Assembly (NCBI GenBank): GCA_964350985.1
Contig: CAYGLK010000002.1
Location: 382-64,381, forward strand
Direction of reading: 5' to 3'
Length of the DNA: 64,000 nucleotides
DNA from: an uncultured Candidatus Saccharibacteria bacterium
Lineage (GTDB): Bacteria; Patescibacteriota; Minisyncoccia; Phycocordibacterales; UBA918
Position numbers and translations under genes: made by a program. The notes beneath the pieces were generated by a model, which searched no databases, was not told the origin of the DNA, and saw nothing but the letters and a program-made list of their open reading frames with translations. Of the stretch, positions 31,153 to 40,761 are shown piece by piece. The first letter of the stretch is position 1. Every line of letters starts with the position of its first letter.

Positions 31153-31596
31153 TTATAGTAAGTTCTCAGAAATAAGGAGAGTTCTTGTGCACTCACCCAT
31201 TTGGCCACCGTTCTCTTTATTTATTAAATCTAGTAGCTTTATTGGAGTTACCCACCTCATTTCAGTATATTCTTCAGTATATTCTTCAGTATTAAAATTA
31301 ATATTTCCCTCGTAGCCTTCAACAACGTAATCTGTCATCTTTAAATCATATTCTCCCCTGTCTACCAATGGTGATACCCCGAGCGGAACCTTATTTAATG
31401 TTACTTGTTCCAGTCCGAGTTTTGTCTTTACTAGTCTATTTGCAACCTGAGAAACATTCTCCCCTGGTCTTATATAAGTTGAAGGGATAGACCAAGCATT
31501 TGGAAATGAATCCTTATTAGGTGAACGCTTTAAAACCAACACTTTATCTAAGTCTCGAAATACTAATGAAATTGCTTCTTTGAAGTCTTTACTCAT
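31153..31596 (-). CDS. NUDIX-fold hydrolase (degenerate Nudix box)
   Basis: VLVLKRS...FPNAWSIPS..I.PGE....A.R....KLGL; start re-called at MSKDF. Confidence 0.7.
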   Translation of the reverse strand: MSKDFKEAISLVFRDLDKVLVLKRSPNKDSFPNAWSIPSTYIRPGENVSQVANRLVKTKLGLEQVTLNKVPLGVSPLVDRGEYDLKMTDYVVEGYEGNINFNTEEYTEEYTEMRWVTPIKLLDLINKENGGQMGECTRTLLISENLL

Positions 31597-31636
31597 ACAG
31601 AAAAGCATACCACGTTGGGAATTAAATATAATCTAA

Positions 31637-31666
31637 CTGTCTATCTGAGACGATGTTAGAACTTTT
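31637..31666 (+). repeat. Cassette repeat 1 (divergent)
   Basis: CTGTCTATCTGAGACGATGTTAGAACTTTT. Confidence 0.8.
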
Positions 31667-31669
31667 ATG

Positions 31670-31933
31670 CTAGAGAACAGAGAATAAGGCAGCCACGATA
31701 ATTGCTATTAACAAGGAAATTCCAAAGGAAATCAGTGATTTCTTAATTCGATTCTCGCTATTATAAACAAAACCTATTAATCCAAATATTAATGGTACCA
31801 CTATGAAATATACTGGTAAAATCCACAACCTATCCGTAAGTCCTTCAAGTGTGTGATTAGGGTTGGAACGACTAATAAAAAGAATCAGACCACTAACTAC
31901 CGTAGACGAAATAATTATTGATATGTTTTTCAT
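31670..31933 (-). CDS. Small 3-TM membrane protein (cassette)
   Basis: Start re-called at MKNISII because the longer ORF reads through the repeat. Confidence 0.65.
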   Translation of the reverse strand: MKNISIIISSTVVSGLILFISRSNPNHTLEGLTDRLWILPVYFIVVPLIFGLIGFVYNSENRIKKSLISFGISLLIAIIVAALFSVL

Positions 31934-31958
31934 ACCTATAATATAGCAAATTGTGTTG

Positions 31959-31988
31959 CTGGCTGTGTGGGACGATGTTAGAACTTTT
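31959..31988 (+). repeat. Cassette repeat 2
   Basis: CTGGCTGTGTGGGACGATGTTAGAACTTTT. Confidence 0.92.
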
Positions 31989-32122
31989 TTTATGCTGTAG
32001 TGTACAGGTTTTGAGAAGTCTATTTGACAAAGATGAATAACTAATGTATAAAACATGAGTGTCGAAAGAAAATCGATCTTCATGGATAAGTACCTTAAAT
32101 TAAATTACGAAGCGAGGGTGTC

Positions 32123-32452
32123 ATGTCGAGAATTTACGAAAAGAATAGAAACTCCCACCCCTCTAGCGCTAAGCTAGTAAGGCACTTGTTGGTGAAAGAA
32201 ATGAAACAAGTTCGAGGAGAAGGAAACGGTGGACTTCCGCAATACATAGGTATGCCATTACTTCTTCCACCCAACACAGTTCTTCAAACGCTTTTGGATG
32301 CTGAGTCATTCAAAAGCCCGATCTTTGTCTTGTACGAAGAAAGAGGGGTAGTAAACACCTACCAAACTCACAATGTCATCAGCTTTCTGCAAATTGGCGA
32401 CCTCTACTTCCTTTACACCGAGCACACTACCTATCAAGTAATGCTCGATTAA
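32123..32452 (+). CDS. Hypothetical protein (only cassette gene on + strand)
   Basis: 109 aa; upstream TTGACA..TATAAA and GAGG; hairpin at about 32513-32559. Confidence 0.65.
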   Translation: MSRIYEKNRNSHPSSAKLVRHLLVKEMKQVRGEGNGGLPQYIGMPLLLPPNTVLQTLLDAESFKSPIFVLYEERGVVNTYQTHNVISFLQIGDLYFLYTEHTTYQVMLD

Positions 32453-32567
32453 ACTCGTCAAGAGTGAGGTCTTGTTTGATTCAAAGCATTTAAAGTGAAA
32501 TAGCCGCCCGAAGAAGCCTGGAGGAGCAAATGCTCAATCATGCTCCTCCAGGCGGTTTTTATATAAA

Positions 32568-32597
32568 ATGGCTTTCTGGGACGATATTAGAAAAATT
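32568..32597 (+). repeat. Cassette repeat 3 (divergent)
   Basis: ATGGCTTTCTGGGACGATATTAGAAAAATT. Confidence 0.8.
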
Positions 32598-33073
32598 TAT
32601 CCCAACAACTCTGACCTAAGCTCCATCCAAATTTCACCTAACCAATTCTTTCCCTGCCAATCTTCACCGCGTCCCCAACAACTGTCTTTTGGTGAATCTT
32701 CAACCAATTTTGTACTTCCTGTTTCTTGCAAAGTCTTTTTAATATATTCATGCTGAGACAATTTATTTCGGCAAATATCCTTCATCACTTCTCTTTTTTC
32801 TTCCTCCCAATTAATGCTTAGCTTTCCTTGATACTTAATAGCAAGTTTTAAGGCGTCATGTGCAGATTTTGCGTTTGCTATCTCCTCGATAATTTCTGAG
32901 TCATTAAAGCCAGCTGCCTGGAAAGCATGCTCTGACGTTTGCCATTCACGCCCCTTCCACGTTACGGCAAATGCGGCAAAATTTGAAAAACAATAACCAA
33001 ATTCTCCAGCATAAAAAAGAATTGGGTCTGTGATTTGTTCTGAATATTGATTCTCACCCTTGATGACAAACAT
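32597..33073 (-). CDS. NADAR (YbiA/RibX-like) family protein
   Basis: FSNF, TSEHAFQA, LVEDSPKDSCWG, GKNWLGEIWMELR. Confidence 0.9.
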   Translation of the reverse strand: MFVIKGENQYSEQITDPILFYAGEFGYCFSNFAAFAVTWKGREWQTSEHAFQAAGFNDSEIIEEIANAKSAHDALKLAIKYQGKLSINWEEEKREVMKDICRNKLSQHEYIKKTLQETGSTKLVEDSPKDSCWGRGEDWQGKNWLGEIWMELRSELLG

Positions 33074-33087
33074 GATAAAAGTATATC

Positions 33088-33157
33088 AAAGTTCCGTCGT
33101 ACCTGTTTGGCATAGATTTTAGAGTCGAAAATAAGTCTCAAATATCATACTGGCTGT
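33088..33157 (+). repeat. Truncated cassette junction (left arm plus CTGGCTGT only)
   Basis: AAAGTTCCGTCGTACC...AAAATAAGTCTCAAATATCATACTGGCTGT then diverges; arm closely resembles 43975-44046. Confidence 0.75.
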
Positions 33158-33293
33158 TAAAGGTTTGGCCAGGATTCGTTTATTTAAATAAAGAGCTTTT
33201 GAAATCAGATACTGTAGCAGTTTTAATATTTTGTACACGACCTATCACCACCGCACCTAAAGATAAATCCTGCAGCGACAAAATTTTTACTTA

Positions 33294-34586
33294 TTATTTC
33301 ACCTTAACTCCCTCCGGAATACTGTTTGGATCAACAATAAATCCTTGCATGTCCTTACGTCCAATAATTACCGGGAAGCGTAGATGTCCCCGCGGTGTGT
33401 ATGTTGCAATTGAATCTATCTTTTTACCCTTCATTTTGAATTGCAAAGATACAGTTTGGCGTCTCTGACGCCCGCTACCTGAACGAACGCTTACAAATTT
33501 ATTACGCTCGTCTAGACCCAACTCTTCTACTAAGTCACTATCTAGTGACGTACGATAAGCACCTGTATCCACCTTGGCTCGTACCGTCTTCTTTTTCTTA
33601 TTGCCATAAATAGTAATCTTCTCTATGACCGATAGTATATTAGAAGGAATATCTTCAACGGTTTCAAGCGATACTTCCGCAAAAAGTTTTTTTGCCAATT
33701 CAACCCCTCGCTCAATTTTTTGAACCTTAAGATCAGCTATTCTTTCTAAACGAGTACGTAATGAAGCTTGGTTTGCTACTTGTATTCCTAATCCGGGTCG
33801 AGCATTTATTTCAAGCACCAACGGACCATGCTGTTGATCAAGTACAACATCAATACCCGCAAAGCCTAGTCTTGAGCATAGCTGAGCCTTTACTGCTACT
33901 TCTAAAATCTTGTCCCAATCAGGAATTTTGATGCCACGCACTTTTGTTTTAGTTCCTGGAATGTATTCTGTGACCTGTTGATTGACTACTCCATAAGTAG
34001 TAATACCTGTTCTCATGTCTATACCCACACCTAGAGCACCTAAGTGTAGGTTGGCTTTACCATCAGAAAAGATAGTCGGTAGACGCATCATCGCCATCAC
34101 CGGTACGCCGTTACAGACAATCAAACGAACATCTGGCACGCCTTTACTTATGTATTTTTTGAAAAAAGGATGTGGAATTATGCGATCTTCTATAAACGCA
34201 GCGTCTGGAAGATTATTAAGCGAATGCTCACCGTCAAGCGTACTAAAAATGATTCGCTCGAGCTCCGCTATATCTATGTCATTATTTTTTTCAGTACTTC
34301 CATGAGTACCATTCCACTTGCGCACCACTGTAATACCACGCCCACCATAACCGCGTGCTGGTTTCACTGCAAAATCCTTCGGTAGCAAAGACCAATCAAA
34401 ATTACGAACATCTTGCAATGAACGAAATACTGCCAAAATCGCATTGGTAGGAACATCATTTTCTAGTAAACGCTTTTTCGTCAATAACTTATCATCAGCT
34501 ACTAGTTTTTGACTACGTCGATTGAACTGTCTTATATATAAGTAATTGCGAGCATTCATGCCCAGCATTGAAGTGCTGATAGCCAT
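33294..34586 (-). CDS. Alpha-L-glutamate-ligase-like ATP-grasp protein fused to a C-terminal RimB/retropepsin-like protease domain
   Basis: LGMNARN, KPARGYGGRG, ANLHLGA, LEINARPGL; C-terminal AKVDTGA and IIGR. Confidence 0.85.
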   Translation of the reverse strand: MAISTSMLGMNARNYLYIRQFNRRSQKLVADDKLLTKKRLLENDVPTNAILAVFRSLQDVRNFDWSLLPKDFAVKPARGYGGRGITVVRKWNGTHGSTEKNNDIDIAELERIIFSTLDGEHSLNNLPDAAFIEDRIIPHPFFKKYISKGVPDVRLIVCNGVPVMAMMRLPTIFSDGKANLHLGALGVGIDMRTGITTYGVVNQQVTEYIPGTKTKVRGIKIPDWDKILEVAVKAQLCSRLGFAGIDVVLDQQHGPLVLEINARPGLGIQVANQASLRTRLERIADLKVQKIERGVELAKKLFAEVSLETVEDIPSNILSVIEKITIYGNKKKKTVRAKVDTGAYRTSLDSDLVEELGLDERNKFVSVRSGSGRQRRQTVSLQFKMKGKKIDSIATYTPRGHLRFPVIIGRKDMQGFIVDPNSIPEGVKVK

Positions 34587-34590
34587 ACAA

Positions 34591-35565
34591 CTAATCTAGT
34601 GAAACTTTATTAAATCGAAACACTTCAAACAATCGTAGACCAAAGTAGCGGCCAACTAGAATATTTGCAGGTATGACAAGGAACAATACTTCTGGATACA
34701 AAATAATAAAATTCTGGATTGCAATACTTGTAGCCGCTAAATAGCCGACCAAACCAATTACTATTGTTGTAGCGGTGATCATAAATGTTTCTGAACTACT
34801 CTTGTGTAATTGTACTGATACGATCATGTCTCCAAGTAACATCAAAACCAAAATTGGGAAAATTGATACGCTCAAAATACGTTCAAAATCAAGTACAACT
34901 CCTACAGACAAGGCTGCAAACACAGCTAGTGATAGAAGTACCATCGACAACGAGCGCTTTGGATAAAACATGATTTTTAATTTTGTGAGACTTATTTTAG
35001 ATATATACGAAGCAATAAGAATTGCACTCAATACCAGTAATCCAACAGTTATACCGACTGCAACCAGTGCAAACGCTAAGGCAATAGGGACCAACATATC
35101 CAAAGTCGGAAGACCAACTACTGTCCGAACAAAACTAACAAGTAAAGCTAGGAACGGGGTGAGCAGGATCAAAAAAATTGTATTTGCTGGTACACCAGCT
35201 CTCACAGATTCTTGTACCCAAAAAGCCATACCATTAAACCACCCCAATTTATCAACCAAACGATCTTCAAACAGTGAGATGATTGCTACTTTTTCTGACA
35301 ACTCTTCTGGCTGGGTAATATCTTTTGATTGTACCAGTTCACGCTGAGAAATAATGCCAGCCGCGGTTGTAGAAGGTGTTGCATCTTCTGCGTTAACCGT
35401 GCCGTTAGTAGTTGTAGTGGTACTCGTTGCCACAAGTGACTCCTCAGATTGAAACTGAAAATTTGAATTAGAACCCTGAGCAAGTCCAGCCTGCGGCACA
35501 CTAAAAAACGTCGTACAAACTACAACTAGTGTGAGCATCAAACATTTGTTATATATAAATTTCAT
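34591..35565 (-). CDS. 7TM domain protein (transglutaminase-associated 7TM type)
   Basis: R.VVGLPT..M.VP, SIFPILVL, GRYFGLRLFE motifs; N-terminal signal/linker. Confidence 0.75.
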   Translation of the reverse strand: MKFIYNKCLMLTLVVVCTTFFSVPQAGLAQGSNSNFQFQSEESLVATSTTTTTNGTVNAEDATPSTTAAGIISQRELVQSKDITQPEELSEKVAIISLFEDRLVDKLGWFNGMAFWVQESVRAGVPANTIFLILLTPFLALLVSFVRTVVGLPTLDMLVPIALAFALVAVGITVGLLVLSAILIASYISKISLTKLKIMFYPKRSLSMVLLSLAVFAALSVGVVLDFERILSVSIFPILVLMLLGDMIVSVQLHKSSSETFMITATTIVIGLVGYLAATSIAIQNFIILYPEVLFLVIPANILVGRYFGLRLFEVFRFNKVSLD

Positions 35566-35566
35566 A

Positions 35567-36850
35567 TTACCAATCAGTTAAAATTTCTAAGGCTTTCAAT
35601 GCTTTGATGTGGCGAGGCAGCAACGGGTTATATTTACCTAGAAAAAGTTTAGGATAGATATGTGGCTTTTCAGACAATAGATGCCAAATCTCAATATTAC
35701 CTTCCATATAGACTATATCTCTTGTGTAAATAAAGCCAGTGCTTTGTCCAGTGGTACCACGAAAGATACGTACGCACACATCCCAAGCAGAGCGTAAGGG
35801 CACTAATTTTTGATGCTCTTTGCTCACGGTCGCTAAAATTGTGTAGTAATCAACCATCACACTAAACACTGATCTAAAGTCTCGAGGTGTACCGTCCATA
35901 CCCACAGCAAGACTAGCGGCCATATAGCGATCAAAACCATAAAATTCGGTTGCTCCCTCACACTGTTGTTGAACGTATGAGGCAACGCCTTCTTCTCCTT
36001 GCAGATAAGAATCCAAACCAATTTGAAGTAAATGTAGGTTACTCCCGGCTCCACAATACGAACGCCGCACATGCACTCCGATCTCGTGTGTTGCCAATGC
36101 CTTAACTTGCAGCTTAGTCAGTAACTTAGGACGAGCAAGTAACTTTTCCTTACCAGGGATGTAGATAATCCTTTGTGGTGTACTCACTGCAAAATTGACT
36201 CTTTTGTTTTCTTGGTCTACTTGGATTTTCCACCCTGTTATCTCATACTCATCGAGAGTTTCTCTAAAAACAGCCACAACTTCATCAGGAGTCTGAATAA
36301 AAACATCATCGTGTACTAATGGAGGTAATATATCCGAACTGATATCTACTCCAGTTACGTTAATTTTAGAAAAGATTTTTTTAAGATGTCGAACTTCAAC
36401 TAAATGCTCTGGGCCCGCTAGTTTAGTCAGATTCATCACCTTTTTGGCGATATACGCAAAGTATTTATTCTTTGGTTTACCGTGCAACTGACAGCTTAGA
36501 CGATAAAATTCTTTATCGTCACTATTCATCGAAGCATTAAACATACCAACTCTGTTAATTTGATTTGTTATTTTTGCCTCATAGAGCTTTTTAACGACCT
36601 CGTTCTCTTCAGTTTTAACAATCTCTTGTAAAAGCAATTCTAAGCTTTTACAAGAAAGCGGCTCATTCATTTTTGATTCAGTATTGCTTGTGTATGAAAA
36701 AAGAGGGTTTTCTATTTCATTATCCAAAAAACGCTCACGCTCTTCGTTGTCGATTTTCATACGACTCTGGATCCAGTCCACATCGTCACTATAGCTCTTA
36801 TTTATGGCTACTAGCTGGCTAAACCAAGATCCATCGTAAATTTGTGCCAT
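35567..36850 (-). CDS. DUF1704 (MATCAP-like) metallopeptidase domain protein
   Basis: HEIGVH..R, EEGVA, RIFRG, YTRDIVYMEG, LFLGK. Confidence 0.8.
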   Translation of the reverse strand: MAQIYDGSWFSQLVAINKSYSDDVDWIQSRMKIDNEERERFLDNEIENPLFSYTSNTESKMNEPLSCKSLELLLQEIVKTEENEVVKKLYEAKITNQINRVGMFNASMNSDDKEFYRLSCQLHGKPKNKYFAYIAKKVMNLTKLAGPEHLVEVRHLKKIFSKINVTGVDISSDILPPLVHDDVFIQTPDEVVAVFRETLDEYEITGWKIQVDQENKRVNFAVSTPQRIIYIPGKEKLLARPKLLTKLQVKALATHEIGVHVRRSYCGAGSNLHLLQIGLDSYLQGEEGVASYVQQQCEGATEFYGFDRYMAASLAVGMDGTPRDFRSVFSVMVDYYTILATVSKEHQKLVPLRSAWDVCVRIFRGTTGQSTGFIYTRDIVYMEGNIEIWHLLSEKPHIYPKLFLGKYNPLLPRHIKALKALEILTDW

Positions 36851-36917
36851 ATTGGCTAAAACATTAGCATTAACGCCACAATTTGTACATTATCCAAGAG
36901 TGATAAATGAAGTGTTA

Positions 36918-36947
36918 ATGGCCGTCTGGGACGAAGTTAGAACTTTT
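36918..36947 (+). repeat. Cassette repeat 4 (divergent)
   Basis: ATGGCCGTCTGGGACGAAGTTAGAACTTTT. Confidence 0.85.
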
Positions 36948-36981
36948 TTACTCTATATTTAGTCAAATAAATCTCTATTGA

Positions 36982-37425
36982 TTACTTTTCTTCAAAAAAC
37001 TCTGAATATTGACTTCCTTGCAACATAGACTCTAGAGCCTCCTTCATAAACGGCACAAATTCAGATAGTCTCTCACCCACAGGAATCCACATTACTTCAC
37101 TGCACCTGTGTGGCTCGGTATTGACTGGATCTTGGTCACAACACTCAATTTTGAAATAATAATGAGTTCTATCATGTCTACCCTCAACATTTCGGTTGTA
37201 CTGTATGTGAACAAAACTAATATCGTCGACTGAAACATCGATACCAACCTCTTCTTTTGCCTCACGCACTGCTGCTTCTCGAGGGGTTTCATCAGGGTCA
37301 ATGTGTCCAGCTGGCATATTGAGGCGACCATCACAATATCCAGTATTGCAACGACGACCTACAAACCATTTACCATCACACTCAAGTAACAAACAGACAG
37401 CAGGAATGATTACATGTTTTTCCAT
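36982..37425 (-). CDS. NUDIX hydrolase
   Basis: PAGHIDPDETPREAAVREAKEEVGI Nudix box; NTEPHRC. Confidence 0.93.
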   Translation of the reverse strand: MEKHVIIPAVCLLLECDGKWFVGRRCNTGYCDGRLNMPAGHIDPDETPREAAVREAKEEVGIDVSVDDISFVHIQYNRNVEGRHDRTHYYFKIECCDQDPVNTEPHRCSEVMWIPVGERLSEFVPFMKEALESMLQGSQYSEFFEEK

Positions 37426-37498
37426 ACATCAAAGTATATCAAAAGTTCAAAAGTGAAGGTATGAAGAATATGTTTATAAATAAGCCTCAAATATCAAG

Positions 37499-37528
37499 CT
37501 GGCTGTGTGGGACGATGTTAGAACTTTT
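37499..37528 (+). repeat. Cassette repeat 5
   Basis: CTGGCTGTGTGGGACGATGTTAGAACTTTT. Confidence 0.92.
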
Positions 37529-37532
37529 TTGA

Positions 37533-37916
37533 TCAATATATAAGAAAAGCCGTACTCCAGGTGGCTTTCCTGTCATACGACTTACAATTCTTACAATGCT
37601 CAACCAGGTAATCATAAACCCGCATCCCATTCCATGGGAAATTATCAAGTTTCTGGGGAATATTTGGAAGATCTGGAGGAACAACGAAGATTACATCCAG
37701 ATCTCCTTCATCATCAGATTTTTGGATACGAATTCGATCTCCCTCCTTCACTTCGTACCAGTCTGGAAAATAACTTGATTTTTCGTTTCGTTTGAGAATT
37801 TTGTCTGATATTAGCCCGAGTTCTCTGAGCTCCGATTGCTCAATCTTTCTACCAGTACAAGTTGGTTGAAAAACAAAATCGGAACAACCAACATAGGTCT
37901 CCAGCAAAATAATCAT
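37533..37916 (-). CDS. Hypothetical protein (cassette)
   Basis: 127 aa filling the interval between two repeats; own -35/-10 promoter. Confidence 0.65.
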   Translation of the reverse strand: MIILLETYVGCSDFVFQPTCTGRKIEQSELRELGLISDKILKRNEKSSYFPDWYEVKEGDRIRIQKSDDEGDLDVIFVVPPDLPNIPQKLDNFPWNGMRVYDYLVEHCKNCKSYDRKATWSTAFLIY

Positions 37917-37977
37917 TGTCGTTATCTCTTGTTAACTGACAGGATAATACAACAGAATATAGTTGACGTCAATACTG

Positions 37978-38007
37978 CTGGCTGTATGGGACGATGTTAG
38001 AACTTTT
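37978..38007 (+). repeat. Cassette repeat 6
   Basis: CTGGCTGTATGGGACGATGTTAGAACTTTT; contains the stop codon of the adjacent gene. Confidence 0.92.
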
Positions 38008-38419
38008 TTAGTAGTTCAAGATCACCATTAAGAACTAAGGGATCCATCGCTTCGATCTCATCAGTATAACCACTCTGCGGGGCTGGGTTTAAAATCGCCA
38101 AATCCTTACCCAATACGTGACCAAACCCCATTTCTAAAAATGTATTAGCGCCGATGTAGTTTTGAATACCATTCTTTTCAGTATTTACTACTAGTACAAT
38201 GTCATATTCTTTTATTTTTTCGTAGTAGCCTTTTATCAAATCCAGCTCTTTTTTATCTACCGCACGTTCTGTCTCAGTAACATGAGTGAAGTCATTGTCT
38301 CGAAACTTTTTCACACCATGAGGAATTTCTACCGTGAATCCCATGGCTTCAAGCTCACTTTGAATTTTTAATACAGTGCCTGACGCAGAGATTGAACAAC
38401 AAATTATAATTGATTTCAT
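37997..38419 (-). CDS. Nucleoside 2-deoxyribosyltransferase-like fold protein
   Basis: IIICCSIS, D.VLVVN..K.G..NYIG.NTFLEMGF; start re-called at MKSII. Confidence 0.55.
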   Translation of the reverse strand: MKSIIICCSISASGTVLKIQSELEAMGFTVEIPHGVKKFRDNDFTHVTETERAVDKKELDLIKGYYEKIKEYDIVLVVNTEKNGIQNYIGANTFLEMGFGHVLGKDLAILNPAPQSGYTDEIEAMDPLVLNGDLELLKKF

Positions 38420-38498
38420 AATGTGCATTATAACAAAAGTTCTATAGTCCTTGACGGGTACTAAATTTCAGATTTAAAAATAAGCCTCAAAAATGTTG

Positions 38499-38528
38499 CT
38501 GGCTGTATGGGACGATGTTAGAACTTTT
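38499..38528 (+). repeat. Cassette repeat 7
   Basis: CTGGCTGTATGGGACGATGTTAGAACTTTT. Confidence 0.92.
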
Positions 38529-38967
38529 ATAGATACAATATCTTAATTCCAAGACGCTCTGCCTGCTCGTGCTCCCACTTAGAGCCGAAAGATGTTTGCC
38601 AATCTGGTAAAAAATAAAACTCGGAAATGTGTCCAGATTCAAAAAGAGGTAAATAAAACTGATTTAATAAATCCATATCATATCCAGCCTGCTCTGTGTT
38701 CGATCTAATATTCTGTATTGGAACCTCAAAAGGTATTTGATTAAAAATTTTAACTCCCTCCTTTGATAAATTTTCTATAGTAACTTCAAAAAGCTCCAAA
38801 TTTTTCTCAACTGAACCTAATCCTCCAGTTGATATAGGGCCGCAAACTTGTATGACAGGTTGTGGCATTCGCTCAATAACAGACATCGCTATTTTTTGGA
38901 GGTCATAATAATTTCTAGCGTTTTCTAAAAGAATATAATCTCCTGGTTCCCAGTATTTGTAATTCAT
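38527..38967 (-). CDS. DUF4406-like / NDT-like fold protein
   Basis: VCGPISTG, FLPDWQTSFGSKWEH.A..LGI; start re-called at MNYKY. Confidence 0.6.
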   Translation of the reverse strand: MNYKYWEPGDYILLENARNYYDLQKIAMSVIERMPQPVIQVCGPISTGGLGSVEKNLELFEVTIENLSKEGVKIFNQIPFEVPIQNIRSNTEQAGYDMDLLNQFYLPLFESGHISEFYFLPDWQTSFGSKWEHEQAERLGIKILYL

Positions 38968-38969
38968 AG

Positions 38970-39644
38970 CTAGCTCTTTTTCTTCCATTTCAATAATAAG
39001 AAACCTGGGTATGTATCTACTATTTGTTCAGCTGCACTATCAAAGCGCTCGTCATAAGCTTCTAATATAAAATGATCTAACATAAAGGAAGAGAAGTACT
39101 CTTTTAAGGTATGTGTAGGCTCTTCAAAAGTTAGCTTTCCATCAAAGCAAATAGACTCCACAATCTCCTTTTCAAAATAATCTTTTGGTTGTTTCTTCTT
39201 TTCAATAAACTGCCTTAATGGATGAGCTACTAATAGTACAAAATAACCCCCCGGCTTTAACACACGAAATACCTCATTCCATATGGGTTCCAAATCTGAA
39301 GCAGTCTGCAGTGCATATTTTGAAAATACATAATCAAAACTATCAGATTCTGATGGAACATCCTCAAACAAACCATATTTAAAATCTAATTCTGGATAAC
39401 TCTCTTTTGCCTGCATCAGTAATTCTCTTGAGGCATCGATACCAAGAACATAATCGGCACCTAATTGTGAGAGCAAATTAGTTTCAAAACCATTACCAGA
39501 TCCAAGATCCAAGATTTTTCTTCCCGAAAGATCCTCAGGTAGAACTTCATTATATGCTGCACGACTATCTACATTACCTAGCTCTAGAGCATCAGAAAAT
39601 TCAGTCGCAATGTTATCGTACTGATGACTTAAGCTTTTATTCAT
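38970..39644 (-). CDS. Class I SAM-dependent methyltransferase
   Basis: ILDLGSGNG, GIDAS, SFDYV, RVLKPGG. Confidence 0.92.
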   Translation of the reverse strand: MNKSLSHQYDNIATEFSDALELGNVDSRAAYNEVLPEDLSGRKILDLGSGNGFETNLLSQLGADYVLGIDASRELLMQAKESYPELDFKYGLFEDVPSESDSFDYVFSKYALQTASDLEPIWNEVFRVLKPGGYFVLLVAHPLRQFIEKKKQPKDYFEKEIVESICFDGKLTFEEPTHTLKEYFSSFMLDHFILEAYDERFDSAAEQIVDTYPGFLLLKWKKKS

Positions 39645-39716
39645 AAAAGTAAGTATACCAAAAACAAGACTGTCCTCAAACTTTTATACGTTTTAAAATA
39701 TAGCTGCTTTAGCGAG

Positions 39717-39746
39717 CTGGCTGTCTGGGACGATGTTAGAACTTTT
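39717..39746 (+). repeat. Cassette repeat 8
   Basis: CTGGCTGTCTGGGACGATGTTAGAACTTTT. Confidence 0.92.
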
Positions 39747-39876
39747 TTGATATAAAAAGCGGTTGCGCGCCGTTACATTATGTAAATACACGTAAATGAA
39801 ACTCTGCTATCAAAAGTAGAAAACCGCTCCCCCCATGCGGTTTTCATGGTTAGAGCGGTTAGAGTTGTGGTTGATC

Positions 39877-40761
39877 TCATCGAATTGTCAGGGCATTGTC
39901 GATGGAAAGCACGAGAGCTCCCATCTGTTGCTTGCCTTCAATCAACAGCTCCTTCAATTGATTGAGTTCGTCCATGCTCGCTCCATTGATTGCTTTCGCA
40001 AACTCTGGACCCCGCATCTCGAGAAGAACATCCATATCTGCACTCAAACGTTGGAAGAACCGTTCGGCATGACGACGCACATCACGAGGCCTTCCCGTGC
40101 GTTTCTCGCCAGTAATACTCTCCACACACTTGCGTGCATGAGCAAGCCGAAAACGAAGTGGAACCCTGAGCATTTGCTGATACACCACCAGCTGCTGTTC
40201 CGTCGAAAGAGCCGAAAGTACGACAGCTTCACCAAAACGAAGAAGTTCCTTTTCGTTGGTTTCGGGATGCATCTTTTGCTGAAGTTCGGGTACAAGCCGC
40301 TGCAGCGAAAGGTATTGGTAGACCCAAGAAGGCGACTTGTCCAAACCCTCAGCTAGCAGTGCTACCTTTTCATGTCGATCCACCTGGTATTGCAACGCGC
40401 AAGATATTTCCATGTGCGTTTGGCCTTCCCGGTGGTGATTGGAAATCAAGGAAAGCAAATGTTGCTCGCGATCTTCAGGATTTCCCTCCTCAACACAAAT
40501 CCGGATGGTCTGAAGACCGGCAATCTGGTGAGCCAGCCAACGACGTTCGCCGTCGATGATCTCATAATCACAACCATCTTCGGTGGTGGACAGTTTTCTG
40601 ACCTGAATCGGCGTACGCTGGCCATGCATGACGATTGAACGAGCAAGGCTGCGAAGCGCTGATTCTTTGAAATAGGTTCGTGGCTGATTCTTGTACCGAC
40701 GAACCGATGACACAGGTACACGTAATTCGTGTTGGCTTTGAACCTCTGGTGTGCCGTCCAT
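39877..40761 (-). CDS. ParB/Spo0J-family protein
   Basis: NQPRTYF, LARSI..HGQRTPIQV, YEIIDGERRWLA, HTH-like segment; start re-called at MDGTP after GGAGGG. Confidence 0.88.
   Translation of the reverse strand: MDGTPEVQSQHELRVPVSSVRRYKNQPRTYFKESALRSLARSIVMHGQRTPIQVRKLSTTEDGCDYEIIDGERRWLAHQIAGLQTIRICVEEGNPEDREQHLLSLISNHHREGQTHMEISCALQYQVDRHEKVALLAEGLDKSPSWVYQYLSLQRLVPELQQKMHPETNEKELLRFGEAVVLSALSTEQQLVVYQQMLRVPLRFRLAHARKCVESITGEKRTGRPRDVRRHAERFFQRLSADMDVLLEMRGPEFAKAINGASMDELNQLKELLIEGKQQMGALVLSIDNALTIR

Noticed and set aside
31261-31292. 12 bp tandem duplication (EEYT EEYT) in the distal NUDIX gene
   Set aside because: A short in-frame slippage duplication; no evidence of a variable system, at most a hint of decay in an old cassette.
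31934-32083. N-terminal extensions of ORFs 31670..32083, 43318..44091, 37487..37684 and 40446..40880 sharing KVLTSSHTAS-like peptides
   Set aside because: The shared peptide is simply the repeat read on the minus strand; true starts lie downstream with their own promoters, or the ORFs are spurious overlaps.
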